Source: Thermoplasmata archaeon (GTDB taxonomy: Archaea; Thermoplasmatota; Thermoplasmata; Lutacidiplasmatales; UBA184). Taken from it: a DNA stretch of 51,254 nucleotides. The notes under the pieces were generated by a model, which searched no databases, was not told the origin of the DNA, and worked only from the letters and a program-made list of their open reading frames with translations. The DNA lies in NCBI GenBank assembly GCA_035502015.1, contig DATJVA010000126.1, forward strand, positions 1-51,254, given 5' to 3'. Both the position numbers and the translations under genes were made by a program. Shown in pieces: positions 26,386-34,485 of the stretch (the first letter of the stretch is position 1; each line of letters opens with the position of its first letter).

Positions 26386-27216
26386 ATGCCCTCGTTGCCC
26401 TCCTCCGCTCGACCGGTCCGGTCGGTCGACGAGCTGCTGTCGCACATTCGCTCCGGTGGCCGCGCCGTGGTCGCTCTCTCGGGCGGAGTCGACTCTTCCC
26501 TCGTGGCATCGCTCGCGTTCTCGGCGTTGGGACCGGATGCGGTCGCCGTGACGCTCGTCGGCCCCGCCGTATCGCACGGCGAGGTGGACCGCGCGAGTCG
26601 CGTAGCGGCCGCCATCGGGATCGAGCATGCCCTCGTCCCAACCGACCCGCTCTCCCGGGCGGAGTACCGGGAGAACGGACCGGATCGGTGCTATCACTGC
26701 CGCGTGGTCGAGACGTCCGCGCTGCGCGAATACGGAGCGACGCGCTCGGCGTTGCAGTACCTCGACGGAGTCCAACACGACGACCTTTCCGATGACCGGC
26801 CCGGCCTCCGCGCGATGGACGAGGCAGGGTTCCATCACCCGCTCGTCTGGGCAGGCTGGGGAAAGTCCGAGGTCCGGACCGAGGCGCGGCGCCGCGGCCT
26901 ACCGAACTGGGACCAGCCGTCGGATGCGTGCCTTGCGTCGCGCGTGGCCCACGGGGAGACGGTGAGCGCCGAGCTCCTCGGACGAATCGAGGCCGCGGAG
27001 CGAGTGCTCCTCGACCGAGGGTTCCGGCGGGTCCGGGTGCGCGTGCGCTCGGGGTCTGCCCGGATCGAGGTCGACCCCTCCGAGGTCGCCCGCCTCCTCG
27101 GAGAACCTCTCGCGAGCGAGGTCACCGACGCGATCGCCCAGATCGGTTTCTCCACCGTCTCGATCGACCCGCGCGGTTACCGCGGCGCGCTCGTGGACCT
27201 GGCGATGGCCCCATGA
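26386..27216 (+). CDS. larE: PP-loop ATP pyrophosphatase, LarE-like sulfur transferase family
   Basis: 276 aa. PP-loop SGGVDSS. Has CYHC and the conserved ACLASR segment containing the Cys that is sacrificial in LarE. C-terminal RVRxxxxxARIEV motif. No larB or larC nearby. Confidence 0.7.
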   Translation: MPSLPSSARPVRSVDELLSHIRSGGRAVVALSGGVDSSLVASLAFSALGPDAVAVTLVGPAVSHGEVDRASRVAAAIGIEHALVPTDPLSRAEYRENGPDRCYHCRVVETSALREYGATRSALQYLDGVQHDDLSDDRPGLRAMDEAGFHHPLVWAGWGKSEVRTEARRRGLPNWDQPSDACLASRVAHGETVSAELLGRIEAAERVLLDRGFRRVRVRVRSGSARIEVDPSEVARLLGEPLASEVTDAIAQIGFSTVSIDPRGYRGALVDLAMAP

Positions 27217-29267
27217 CTCTGGAAACCCGCGCCGGGGCCGAGCCCGCCCTCGCCCCGCTCCCGGGACGTTTTCGGCTCGAGACCGACCTGGTGCCCCAAG
27301 GAGACCAACCCGAGGCGATCGACGAGATCGTCCGTCGGGTGGAGAACGGCGAGAAGTTCGTCACTCTCCTCGGCGTCACAGGAAGCGGCAAGACGTTCAC
27401 GATGGCCCACGCGGTCGCCCGCCTCCAGCGGCCGACCCTCGTCATCAGTCCCAACAAGACGCTCGCCGCGCAGCTCGTCAGCGAGTTCCGGGCGTTGTTC
27501 CCGAACAACGCGGTCGAGTACTTCGTGAGCTACTACGATTACTACCAGCCCGAGGCGTACGTCCCGCAGATCGACCTCTACATCGAGAAGGACGCATCGA
27601 TCAACGACGAGATCGACCGCCTGCGTCACCGCGCGACCCAAGCGCTCCTGACCCGACGGGACGTGCTCATCGTGGCCTCGGTGAGCTGCATCTATGGTCT
27701 CGGGTCTCCCGAGGACTATCGTGCGTCGGTCGTCGAGCTGAAGGTGGGCGAGGAGACCTCCCGTCAGTCGCTGCTCGAGCAGCTGGTCCGGATGAAGTAC
27801 GCACGCAACGACGTGGAGCTGAAGCGCGGCCGGTTCCGCGTCCGCGGCGCGATGATCGATGTGATGGGCGCGGGAGAGACGGTCCACCGTGTGGTGCTGG
27901 ACGGTAACACGATCCGGGAGATCCTCGAGCTCGACCCCGTGACCCAGGAGGAGCGCCGGTGGCTCACCGAGCTCGCCGTCTTCCCCGCGACCCACTTCCT
28001 GACCGTGGATGAGCGACTGCGCGGCATCCTCAAGGAGATCGCGAAGGAGCGCGACGATCGGGTGAAGGAGCTCGAGCGGGAGGAGAAGATCGTCGAGGCG
28101 CAGCGGCTCAACAGTCGGGTCAACTACGACCTCGAGATGATCCGCGAGACCGGATACTGTTCGGGGATCGAGAACTACGCCCGCTACTTTGCGGGTCGGC
28201 GGGCGGGCGAGCCACCGTACACCCTTCTCGACTTCTTCCCGAAGGACTTCCTCGCCTTCATCGACGAGTCGCACGTCACGGTTCCCCAGCTGCAGGGGAT
28301 GTACAAGGGCGACCGGAGCCGCAAGGACAACCTGGTCGAGTTCGGCTGGCGCCTTCCCTCGGCCCGCGACAACCGCCCGCTCAAGTTCCCCGAGTTCCTC
28401 ACGCACGTTCCTCAGACGGTGTTCGTCTCCGCCACGCCCGGTCCGTTCGAACGCAAGGCGTCGAAGGGCCTCGTCGAGCAGATCATCCGCCCCACTGGGC
28501 TCGTCGACCCACCGATCGAGGTGCGTCCCCTCAAAGGCCACATCTCGGACCTGATGGGCGAGTTGCGCGCGTGCATCGAGCGCGGCGACCGGGCGCTCGT
28601 GACGACGCTGACCAAAGCGACCAGCGAGGAGCTCGCGAACTACCTCTCCAACCAGGGATTCCGTGTCCGCTACCTCCACTCCGAAGTGGAGACGATGAAG
28701 CGGGTCGAGATCCTTCGGGACCTCCGGCTCGGTGAGTTCGACGTGCTCGTCGGGATCAACCTCCTTCGCGAGGGCCTCGACCTCCCCGAGGTCAGTTTCG
28801 TCGCGATCCTGGACGCGGACAAGGAAGGGTACCTCCGCAGCGAGACATCGATCGTGCAGACCGCCGGGCGCGCGAGCCGCAACCTCGACGGCAAGGTCGT
28901 CCTCTACGCGGACCGAGTGACCGGCTCGATGAAACGCGCGATGGCGGAGATGACCCGACGCCGCCAGAGCCAGGTCGACTACAACCGGGAACACGGGATC
29001 GTCCCGGAGTCGATCCGCAAGGAGGTCCGCTCTCTCCTCGCCCCCGAGGAGGAAGCGGCGTCCGGAGAGCTCTCCACGAGCGGCCTCGGAAAGCACTGGA
29101 AGGACAAGTTCCCCCTCCTGCTTACGAACCTCGAGGAGGAGATGCGCCTCGCGGCGGAGCGTCTCGACTTCGAGGAGGCGGCCCGCATCCGGGACCGGAT
29201 CCGCGAGATCCGCCGGTCGAACCCGGCGGCGCGCGCGGCCCCGCGGGCCGGGCGGGCAAGCTCGTAG
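27213..29267 (+). CDS. uvrB: Excinuclease ABC subunit B
   Basis: 684 aa from ATG 27213 (ATGA overlap with the larE stop). Motifs GDQPEAI, GVTGSGKTF, YFVSYYDYYQPEAY, DESH, and the C-terminal UVR domain (LEEEMRLAAERLDFEEAARIRDRIREI). Confidence 0.95.
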   Translation: MTLETRAGAEPALAPLPGRFRLETDLVPQGDQPEAIDEIVRRVENGEKFVTLLGVTGSGKTFTMAHAVARLQRPTLVISPNKTLAAQLVSEFRALFPNNAVEYFVSYYDYYQPEAYVPQIDLYIEKDASINDEIDRLRHRATQALLTRRDVLIVASVSCIYGLGSPEDYRASVVELKVGEETSRQSLLEQLVRMKYARNDVELKRGRFRVRGAMIDVMGAGETVHRVVLDGNTIREILELDPVTQEERRWLTELAVFPATHFLTVDERLRGILKEIAKERDDRVKELEREEKIVEAQRLNSRVNYDLEMIRETGYCSGIENYARYFAGRRAGEPPYTLLDFFPKDFLAFIDESHVTVPQLQGMYKGDRSRKDNLVEFGWRLPSARDNRPLKFPEFLTHVPQTVFVSATPGPFERKASKGLVEQIIRPTGLVDPPIEVRPLKGHISDLMGELRACIERGDRALVTTLTKATSEELANYLSNQGFRVRYLHSEVETMKRVEILRDLRLGEFDVLVGINLLREGLDLPEVSFVAILDADKEGYLRSETSIVQTAGRASRNLDGKVVLYADRVTGSMKRAMAEMTRRRQSQVDYNREHGIVPESIRKEVRSLLAPEEEAASGELSTSGLGKHWKDKFPLLLTNLEEEMRLAAERLDFEEAARIRDRIREIRRSNPAARAAPRAGRASS

Positions 29268-29298
29268 ACAACCCCGATTGCTGTGCCGGTAAAGGTTG

Positions 29299-29305
29299 TT
29301 TTATT
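29299..29305 (+). promoter_or_regulatory. TATA box candidate (TTTTATT)
   Basis: AT-rich heptamer 22-28 nt upstream of GTG 29327, suggesting a leaderless transcript. Confidence 0.4.
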
Positions 29306-29326
29306 CCCCCGGTACGTCGCCGCCTC

Positions 29327-30163
29327 GTGGTGGGCCACCGTTCCCCCGAAGCATCGGGCCTCGCGGCGCTCCGGCGCGGCGGCACGGTCACCGAGCTCCT
29401 CTTCCTGTACGAGTGTGCGACGCTCGAACCGACGCAGCTTCGGCCGATCGCCGTGCGGCTCGGCCTCACCGTCCAAGCGGTCTCGCACTCCTATCGGCAG
29501 CTTCGCCGTCGTGGGCTGGTCACGGTCCAGGAGGGCCGGTACCGCCCGACGGTCGAGGGAGTGGCATGGCTGCACGAGACGTTGAGCCGCCTCGGAGACG
29601 ATGTGCGGGAGCGTATCGAGAGGGTCCACGTAATCCGCTCGACGCGAGCCCTGGCGGTCGAGGACCTCTCGCCCGGTGGGGCCGTTTCGCTCGAGCTCGA
29701 GAACGGACTCCTGTCGGCCCACCCGGGATCCGGTGGGCCGTCCCGGGGCCGTGTCGTTCGCGGCGGCCGGCGGGGGTCGCTCGTCGAAGTCTCCGACCTC
29801 GAGGGGATCGTTCCCCTCACCCCCGCTCCGATCTCGGTGGTCACGCTGAGCGCCAACGACCTCGCAGACCCTCGCTTGGCGCAGCGGGTCCGTGGCCGAT
29901 TGCCGAGCGACCCCCACACCGTCGTGGCGGCCGAGGGGCTTGAAGCGTATCATACACTCTCGAGCGCGGGAGCCCGGTCGGTGCTCCGATACGCCGTTGG
30001 CAGTGCCTGCCTCGAGGCGTCCCGGCTCGGAGTTCCGAGCGTGGTCTGGGTCCTCGAGAGCGGGCTCCCCCACCTCCTGGGCCAGTTCGCGGGACCGTCT
30101 CCGCCACCGCTCGAGGTATCGCCTCTCGAGGGGAGCTCGAGGTCTCGACGGAACTTGCGCTAG
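29327..30163 (+). CDS. Archaeal multi-domain transcriptional regulator candidate (N-terminal wHTH)
   Basis: 278 aa. N-terminal wHTH-like segment (IAVRLGLTVQAVSHSYRQLRRRGLVTVQEGRYRPTVEG), a beta-rich middle part and an alpha/beta C-terminal part. No family recognised with certainty. Confidence 0.5.
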   Translation: MVGHRSPEASGLAALRRGGTVTELLFLYECATLEPTQLRPIAVRLGLTVQAVSHSYRQLRRRGLVTVQEGRYRPTVEGVAWLHETLSRLGDDVRERIERVHVIRSTRALAVEDLSPGGAVSLELENGLLSAHPGSGGPSRGRVVRGGRRGSLVEVSDLEGIVPLTPAPISVVTLSANDLADPRLAQRVRGRLPSDPHTVVAAEGLEAYHTLSSAGARSVLRYAVGSACLEASRLGVPSVVWVLESGLPHLLGQFAGPSPPPLEVSPLEGSSRSRRNLR

Positions 30164-31461
30164 GATGGCGGCCGGGGCGCGGCGGCGGAGAGCGCCGTCA
30201 GCATCTCGCTCACTCCGGCGACCTCGCACGCTCCCTTGCTGCGTAACCGCTCTTCGACCGCGGTCGCACGACCCCCCGTGAAGTCCCACTCGACTCCCGC
30301 CCGCCGTCGGACGAGAAGGACAGGCACGCGGTCGAGGCACCGGAGGACCTCCTCCAGGTTCGGAAGGTTCGACGGACCCACCGGGAACGGCGCGACCACC
30401 ACTGCGGTCGCTCCGTCCAGGAGGGAGCGGAGCTTCGAGCGGACCTCTTCTCCGATCGGTGCGAACGGCACCTCGACCGCCGTCAGCGCGCCGACGCTCT
30501 CCGCGGTCTCAAGGTCCGAATCGAGCAGGTGGAGCGCGCCGGCAGTGACCCGATACCCCGCCTCGGACAACGAGCGGATGTAGGGAGCACCCGACCCGCC
30601 TCCGCAGACGACGTGGACCGGGCCCTTTCCGAGGAGAGCCGCACGGTCCGGAGCGACGGGCGGGACCAGGTGATGCGGAAGGAGGTACGGGGCGCCGCTG
30701 CGTGGGTCGCGGCGCAGGTCGGCGACCACACCCCAGACCCGGGCGAGGAGCTCCTCGGAGATCACCTCGGAGGGCGACCCGTCCGCCACGCGGCGGCCCC
30801 GCGACAAGACCACGATGCGGTCGGCGAAGCGCGCCGCAAGATTGAGGTCGTGCAGCGCGGCGACCACCGCCACGTGGCCGTGCTCCGCGAGCGACCGCAC
30901 CCGGGTGAGGAGGTCGAGTTGGTGGCCAATGTCGAGGTGAGACGTCGGCTCATCGAGCAGGAGGAGTGGGGTCGTCTGGGCGAGAGCGCGGGCGAGGACC
31001 GCCCGCTGGCGCTCACCTCCGCTCAGCGAGAGGATCCCGTCCTGCGCACGGTCCGCGAGCCCGACCTCGCACAGCACCCGCTCGGCGATCGCCTGGTCGT
31101 CGGCGGTCTCCGCATCGAGCGGACCATGGTAGGCGAATCGGCCGTAGAGAACGTAGTCCCGCAGGCGGACGTCGTCCCGGGGCGCCTCCCCCTGCGGCAC
31201 CCAGGCGACCGACCGAGCCCGCTCGAGGACCGACATCGAGCCGACCGGTCGGCCGAACAGCTCGACGGTGCCCGCATCGGGGGGGAGGAATCCCAGCACG
31301 GCACGGAGCAAGGTCGTCTTCCCCGAGCCGTTCGGCCCGGCGAGCGCGACGAATTCCCCCGGGCGAGCCACCAGGCTGACGTCCGAGAGCGCGGTACGGT
31401 CGCCGTATCGGACGGTGAGGCCGGCAAGACGCAGCGGGGCCGGCTCGGCCGGAGCGCTCAC
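30160..31461 (-). CDS. ABC importer ATP-binding protein (FepC/BtuD type) with a ~170-aa C-terminal extension
   Basis: 433 aa from GTG 31461 (GTGA overlap with the permease stop). Motifs GPNGSGKTT, LSGGERQR, LLLDEPTSHLD. The extra C-terminal domain begins around GKGPVHVVCGGGSGAPYIRSL. The rest of track ORF 30160..32505 is shadow over the permease gene. Confidence 0.8.
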   Translation of the reverse strand: MSAPAEPAPLRLAGLTVRYGDRTALSDVSLVARPGEFVALAGPNGSGKTTLLRAVLGFLPPDAGTVELFGRPVGSMSVLERARSVAWVPQGEAPRDDVRLRDYVLYGRFAYHGPLDAETADDQAIAERVLCEVGLADRAQDGILSLSGGERQRAVLARALAQTTPLLLLDEPTSHLDIGHQLDLLTRVRSLAEHGHVAVVAALHDLNLAARFADRIVVLSRGRRVADGSPSEVISEELLARVWGVVADLRRDPRSGAPYLLPHHLVPPVAPDRAALLGKGPVHVVCGGGSGAPYIRSLSEAGYRVTAGALHLLDSDLETAESVGALTAVEVPFAPIGEEVRSKLRSLLDGATAVVVAPFPVGPSNLPNLEEVLRCLDRVPVLLVRRRAGVEWDFTGGRATAVEERLRSKGACEVAGVSEMLTALSAAAPRPPS

Positions 31462-32567
31462 GTTCCTCCCATCGGCGACAACGCGCGCTGCCGGTAGAGC
31501 AGGTAGAGGAAGAACGGCACTCCGGCAAAGGCGGTGAAGATGCCGATCGGAAGGAGCGACCCGGGGAAGAGGAGATAGTTCGCGTCCCGGGCAGCTAGGA
31601 GGAAGAGGGCGCCGACGGCCGCCGCGCCCGGAAGGACGACCCGGTAGTCGGTACCCCAGAGGCGCCGGACGATGTGGGGCGAAACCAGGCCGACGAACCC
31701 GATGATCCCCGTGAACGCCACCGCGATCGCTGTCGTGAGGGACGCGAGGAGGATGACCCGGACCCGGACCCGACGGGCGTCCACCCCGGCGCTCTGGGCG
31801 ACCTCGTTTCCGAGCTGGATTAGGTTGAGCTCGCGCCCGTGCAAGGCGAGCAGGGTCGCGAGAACGAGTACACCGCCGCAGGCGACGCCGTCGACCTCCC
31901 AGCTCGCGAGCCCAAGTCCCCCGAGCAGCCAGAACGTCACCTGTTCGCTCCCCGTCGGGTTCGAGAGCAGGACGAGCGACAGCACCGCGGAAAGGAAGTT
32001 GGCGAGCGCGACCCCCGTGAGGAGGAGGGTTTCGACCGAACTGAACCGGCCGCGCGCGATTCCGAGGATCAGAAGCCCGGTCGCGACGGACCCGACGAAC
32101 GCGAAGAGGGGAAGGAAGAGGTCCGCTTGGGCTTCCTGGAACCGGTAGATGTAGATGATCGCCGCACCGATCGTGCCCCCGCTCGAGATCCCGAGCAGGA
32201 AGGGGTCGGCGAGGGGGTTTCGAAAGACCCCTTGGAGCGCGCCTCCCGAGACCCCGAGGGCCGCTCCGACGATGAGGGCGAGCAGGATCTCGGGGACATA
32301 GAGCTGCCAGACGATGACATCGTACGCGTTGCAGAGGCGGGGGGAAACCCCGGTCCCGGCGCACGTCTGGGGGTAAATCGCGCCGTTCGAGAAGTGGTGC
32401 AAGATCACCTGGAAGACCACCTGAGGGGGGACCGAGACCGTTCCAAGGAGGGTCGAAACGGCGACCAGGGCGAGGGCGATCGCGAGAAGGACGAACGCCG
32501 TCCATGCGCGGCGCCGTCTCCCGCGGGATGAAGGGGCGGGGTGACCCGAGGAGAGCGTCGCGACCAA
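31458..32567 (-). CDS. FecCD/BtuC-family ABC importer permease
   Basis: 369 aa, multi-TM. Motifs RNPLADPFLLGISSGG and GIIGFVGLVSPHIVR are typical of the FecCD family. TTG start. Confidence 0.85.
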   Translation of the reverse strand: MVATLSSGHPAPSSRGRRRRAWTAFVLLAIALALVAVSTLLGTVSVPPQVVFQVILHHFSNGAIYPQTCAGTGVSPRLCNAYDVIVWQLYVPEILLALIVGAALGVSGGALQGVFRNPLADPFLLGISSGGTIGAAIIYIYRFQEAQADLFLPLFAFVGSVATGLLILGIARGRFSSVETLLLTGVALANFLSAVLSLVLLSNPTGSEQVTFWLLGGLGLASWEVDGVACGGVLVLATLLALHGRELNLIQLGNEVAQSAGVDARRVRVRVILLASLTTAIAVAFTGIIGFVGLVSPHIVRRLWGTDYRVVLPGAAAVGALFLLAARDANYLLFPGSLLPIGIFTAFAGVPFFLYLLYRQRALSPMGGT

Positions 32568-32597
32568 AGTCTCGGCCCCGAACCTCCCCCGCGGCGC

Positions 32598-33629
32598 CTA
32601 GTCCAGATCAGGGTGGAACGCGGCGATGAGGGCGGGAATGCCCGAGAGGATCATCGTAGGGTCGGGTTCGGTGAGCCAGTTGGAGTCGATCCCCGTGACG
32701 TTCCCGTCCTGGACCGCACTGAAATCGGACCAGAACGGCCCTCCCGCGTACGTGCTCTCGTTGAGTCCGAAGCCCACGCCGTAGATGATCGCCGAGGGGT
32801 TCGCCACGAGGACCTGGGCGGGCGAGACCTCGGGATACGGGGTCGTGGCGGTGGCCCCGATGTTCGTCGCTCCGGCGATCTCGATCAATGACTCCCCGAA
32901 GGTGCCCGGGCCGAAGGTCCAGTACCCGTTCGAGTCGACCGAATAGGTCACGAGCACCGTCGGCAGCGAGGTCAGAGTGGCGTCCATCGCGGTCGCGTTG
33001 TAGAGTTCGAGCGAGAGCATCCCGTTCAACGCCGCAGCGGGTGCCGCCTGACCAAAGATCTCGCTGACGAGGCTCACATCGACCAGGATCCCACTCAACG
33101 TCGGGGGTTGCAACATGACGACGGGAATCCCGAGCGTGCTGCTGATCGTCTCGACCTCCGCGACCGAGACGATGGTGGAGGCCAGCACGAGGTCGGGGGT
33201 CAGGTTCTCGAGCATCTCCGGCGCGAACGTCGGCCCCACCTGGATGCACATCGACGCGAAGAGCCCCCATTGAGCGACCTGGTCGGGCGAGTAGTCCTCG
33301 GAAAGACCCCCGTCGGCCGCCGCGTAGCAATCGACTCCCACAACGTGGCTGCGCAGGCCGAGGCGGAACATGATGTCCATGATGCTCGGGGAGAGCACCG
33401 CGACGCGCGCCGGGTCGTACGGCACGGTGACATTGCGGCCGAGGTCGTCCGTGACCGAGAGATTCCCCGGGGTGACGGGAGGGGCGGGCGAGGTCGTAGA
33501 GCGGAACCCCGAGACGGCCGCCGTGCCGGCGATCGCCACTCCGGCGACGATGAGGAGCCCGACCACGAACCACGAAAGGGCGACCGTGCGTCGCGGGGGG
33601 GATGTCGGGACCGGCTCATTCAACGACAT
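32598..33629 (-). CDS. Periplasmic-binding-protein type (cluster A/BtuF-FhuD-like) substrate-binding protein, membrane-anchored
   Basis: 343 aa from ATG 33629. N-terminal TM anchor (ALSWFVVGLLIVAGVAIAGTAAV), then GRNVTVPYDPARVAVLSPSIMDIMFRLGL and DLVLAS patterns of PBP family 2/8. Several N-x-S/T sequons. Confidence 0.75.
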   Translation of the reverse strand: MSLNEPVPTSPPRRTVALSWFVVGLLIVAGVAIAGTAAVSGFRSTTSPAPPVTPGNLSVTDDLGRNVTVPYDPARVAVLSPSIMDIMFRLGLRSHVVGVDCYAAADGGLSEDYSPDQVAQWGLFASMCIQVGPTFAPEMLENLTPDLVLASTIVSVAEVETISSTLGIPVVMLQPPTLSGILVDVSLVSEIFGQAAPAAALNGMLSLELYNATAMDATLTSLPTVLVTYSVDSNGYWTFGPGTFGESLIEIAGATNIGATATTPYPEVSPAQVLVANPSAIIYGVGFGLNESTYAGGPFWSDFSAVQDGNVTGIDSNWLTEPDPTMILSGIPALIAAFHPDLD

Positions 33630-33649
33630 TGGATTATGGACAAACACTC

Positions 33650-33659
33650 TTTAACATAA
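33650..33659 (-). promoter_or_regulatory. TATA box candidate for the btuFCD-like operon
   Basis: Minus-strand TTATGTTAAA, centred ~25 nt upstream of ATG 33629. This favours the second in-frame ATG as a leaderless start. Confidence 0.45.
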
Positions 33660-33719
33660 GCATTTCCCGGAGTTTTCGGCCGTTCGGGTGGCGGGCCGGC
33701 CGCGGTCCGCCGGGACGAC

Positions 33720-33729
33720 AAAAGATATC
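33720..33729 (+). promoter_or_regulatory. TATA box candidate for tRNA-Trp
   Basis: AAAAGATATC, ~30 nt upstream of the mature 5' end (33757). Confidence 0.5.
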
Positions 33730-33756
33730 TCTTCGGGGGCTCCCGGGGCGGCCGGA

Positions 33757-33918
33757 GGGAGCATAGGCTAATCTGGCAGACCAGCGGGCTCCAGTCAGGG
33801 TGACGGACTGTCATCCTGGGATTCATTCGGGTCTGCGGAGGGGCGTTCCGCCCCTGTGACGATTGACTGGAGCGCGCGGAGAGACCCGCATATCGGGGTT
33901 CAAATCCCCGTGCTCCCA
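33757..33918 (+). tRNA. tRNA-Trp (anticodon CCA) interrupted by an 89-nt intron at the canonical 37/38 position
   Basis: Hand fold. Acceptor GGGAGCA/TGCTCCC plus discriminator A. Anticodon stem GCGGG (33784-88) pairs with CCCGC (33885-89). Loop CTCCAG|...|A with CCA at 33791-93. T arm CGGGG-TTCAAAT-CCCCG. The D stem has one C:A mismatch. Exons are 33757-33794 and 33884-33918. CCA end is not encoded. Confidence 0.8.
33795..33883 (+). other. tRNA-Trp intron with bulge-helix-bulge splice motif
   Basis: Central 4-bp helix CTCC (33789-92) pairs with GGAG (33878-81). It is flanked by 3-nt bulges AG|T (33793-95) and AG|A (33882-84), with cleavage after the second bulge nucleotide. There is an internal 7-bp hairpin at 33839-33855. 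Confidence 0.7.
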
Positions 33919-34039
33919 CCTCTCCCCTCGACGAGTTTGCACGGCGCGGCGCGGACCGCTCGGAAAGCATCAACATGCTGGAGCGTCTGGCCCGTCGGGG
34001 TCGGGGCGCGCGGCTGCCAGCGCCGGACCTAGGACAACG

Positions 34040-34444
34040 ATGCCGCTCGAGTACACTGGGGTTCGAGTGCGGAACATGGCCCGGGCGATTCGCTTCTTCA
34101 CGGAGGGGCTCGGCCTCAAGGTCGGACCCGCCGGACGGATGGCGGCCGGTGGGCAGTGGCAGGAGCTCCACGACCCCGAGACGAAGATGATCCTGGAGCT
34201 CAACTACTATCCCGGCGACCCGCCGTACCGGGTCGGAGATGAGCTCGACCACCTCGGCTTTCGGGTCACGGACCTCGACGCGGTCGTGAAGCGCCTGGTC
34301 TCGCTGGGTGCTCGCCTCGAGATCCCTCCCTTCGAGGAAGGTGAAGTGCGCCTCGTCTTCCTGTCCGACCCGGATGGGCTTTGGGTCGAGCTCTACGAGC
34401 GTCGGTCGGGCGACGAACCGCCCACCTCTCGGCCCGGAAGCTGA
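34040..34444 (+). CDS. VOC/glyoxalase-family protein
   Basis: 134 aa from ATG 34040: GVRVRNMARAIRFFTEGLGLKV ... LDHLGFRVTDLDAVVKRL ... FLSDPDGLWVELYE (paired beta-alpha-beta-beta-beta modules). The upstream part of the track ORF overlaps the tRNA and is rejected. Confidence 0.75.
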   Translation: MPLEYTGVRVRNMARAIRFFTEGLGLKVGPAGRMAAGGQWQELHDPETKMILELNYYPGDPPYRVGDELDHLGFRVTDLDAVVKRLVSLGARLEIPPFEEGEVRLVFLSDPDGLWVELYERRSGDEPPTSRPGS

Positions 34445-34485
34445 GCCACCCTTCCGACCGACGGGGATAAGAAGCGGGGCCCGCC

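Noticed and set aside
26928-27212. 95-aa N-terminal extension of the uvrB ORF
   Set aside because: It overlaps the 3' end of larE in another frame and is Arg/Pro/Gly-rich. Canonical UvrB begins at ATG 27213.
27177-29096. 639-aa minus-strand ORF
   Set aside because: It is fully antisense to uvrB, whose identity is unambiguous. The composition is dominated by Arg/Asp/Glu/Leu/Val mirror codons.
28979-30340. 453-aa minus-strand ORF bridging the uvrB 3' end, the wHTH regulator and the btuD end
   Set aside because: It crosses three independently supported genes and has Arg/Pro-rich composition. It is a shadow ORF.
31462-32505. N-terminal 348 aa of the 781-aa track ORF 30160..32505, which would make a giant ABC protein
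   Set aside because: This part overlaps the FecCD permease gene in another frame and is Pro/Arg-rich. The real ATPase starts at GTG 31461, overlapping the permease stop.
33795-33883. Calling the tRNA-Trp intron a bona fide box C/D sRNA
   Set aside because: There is no canonical CUGA box D or D', and the first putative guide does not match tRNA-Trp. It is reported only as a hypothesis with explicit caveats.
33620-34252. 210-aa minus-strand ORF, and the 33863..34039 extension of the VOC ORF
   Set aside because: Both run across the tRNA-Trp gene and its promoter. The translations are low-complexity. The VOC domain starts at ATG 34040.
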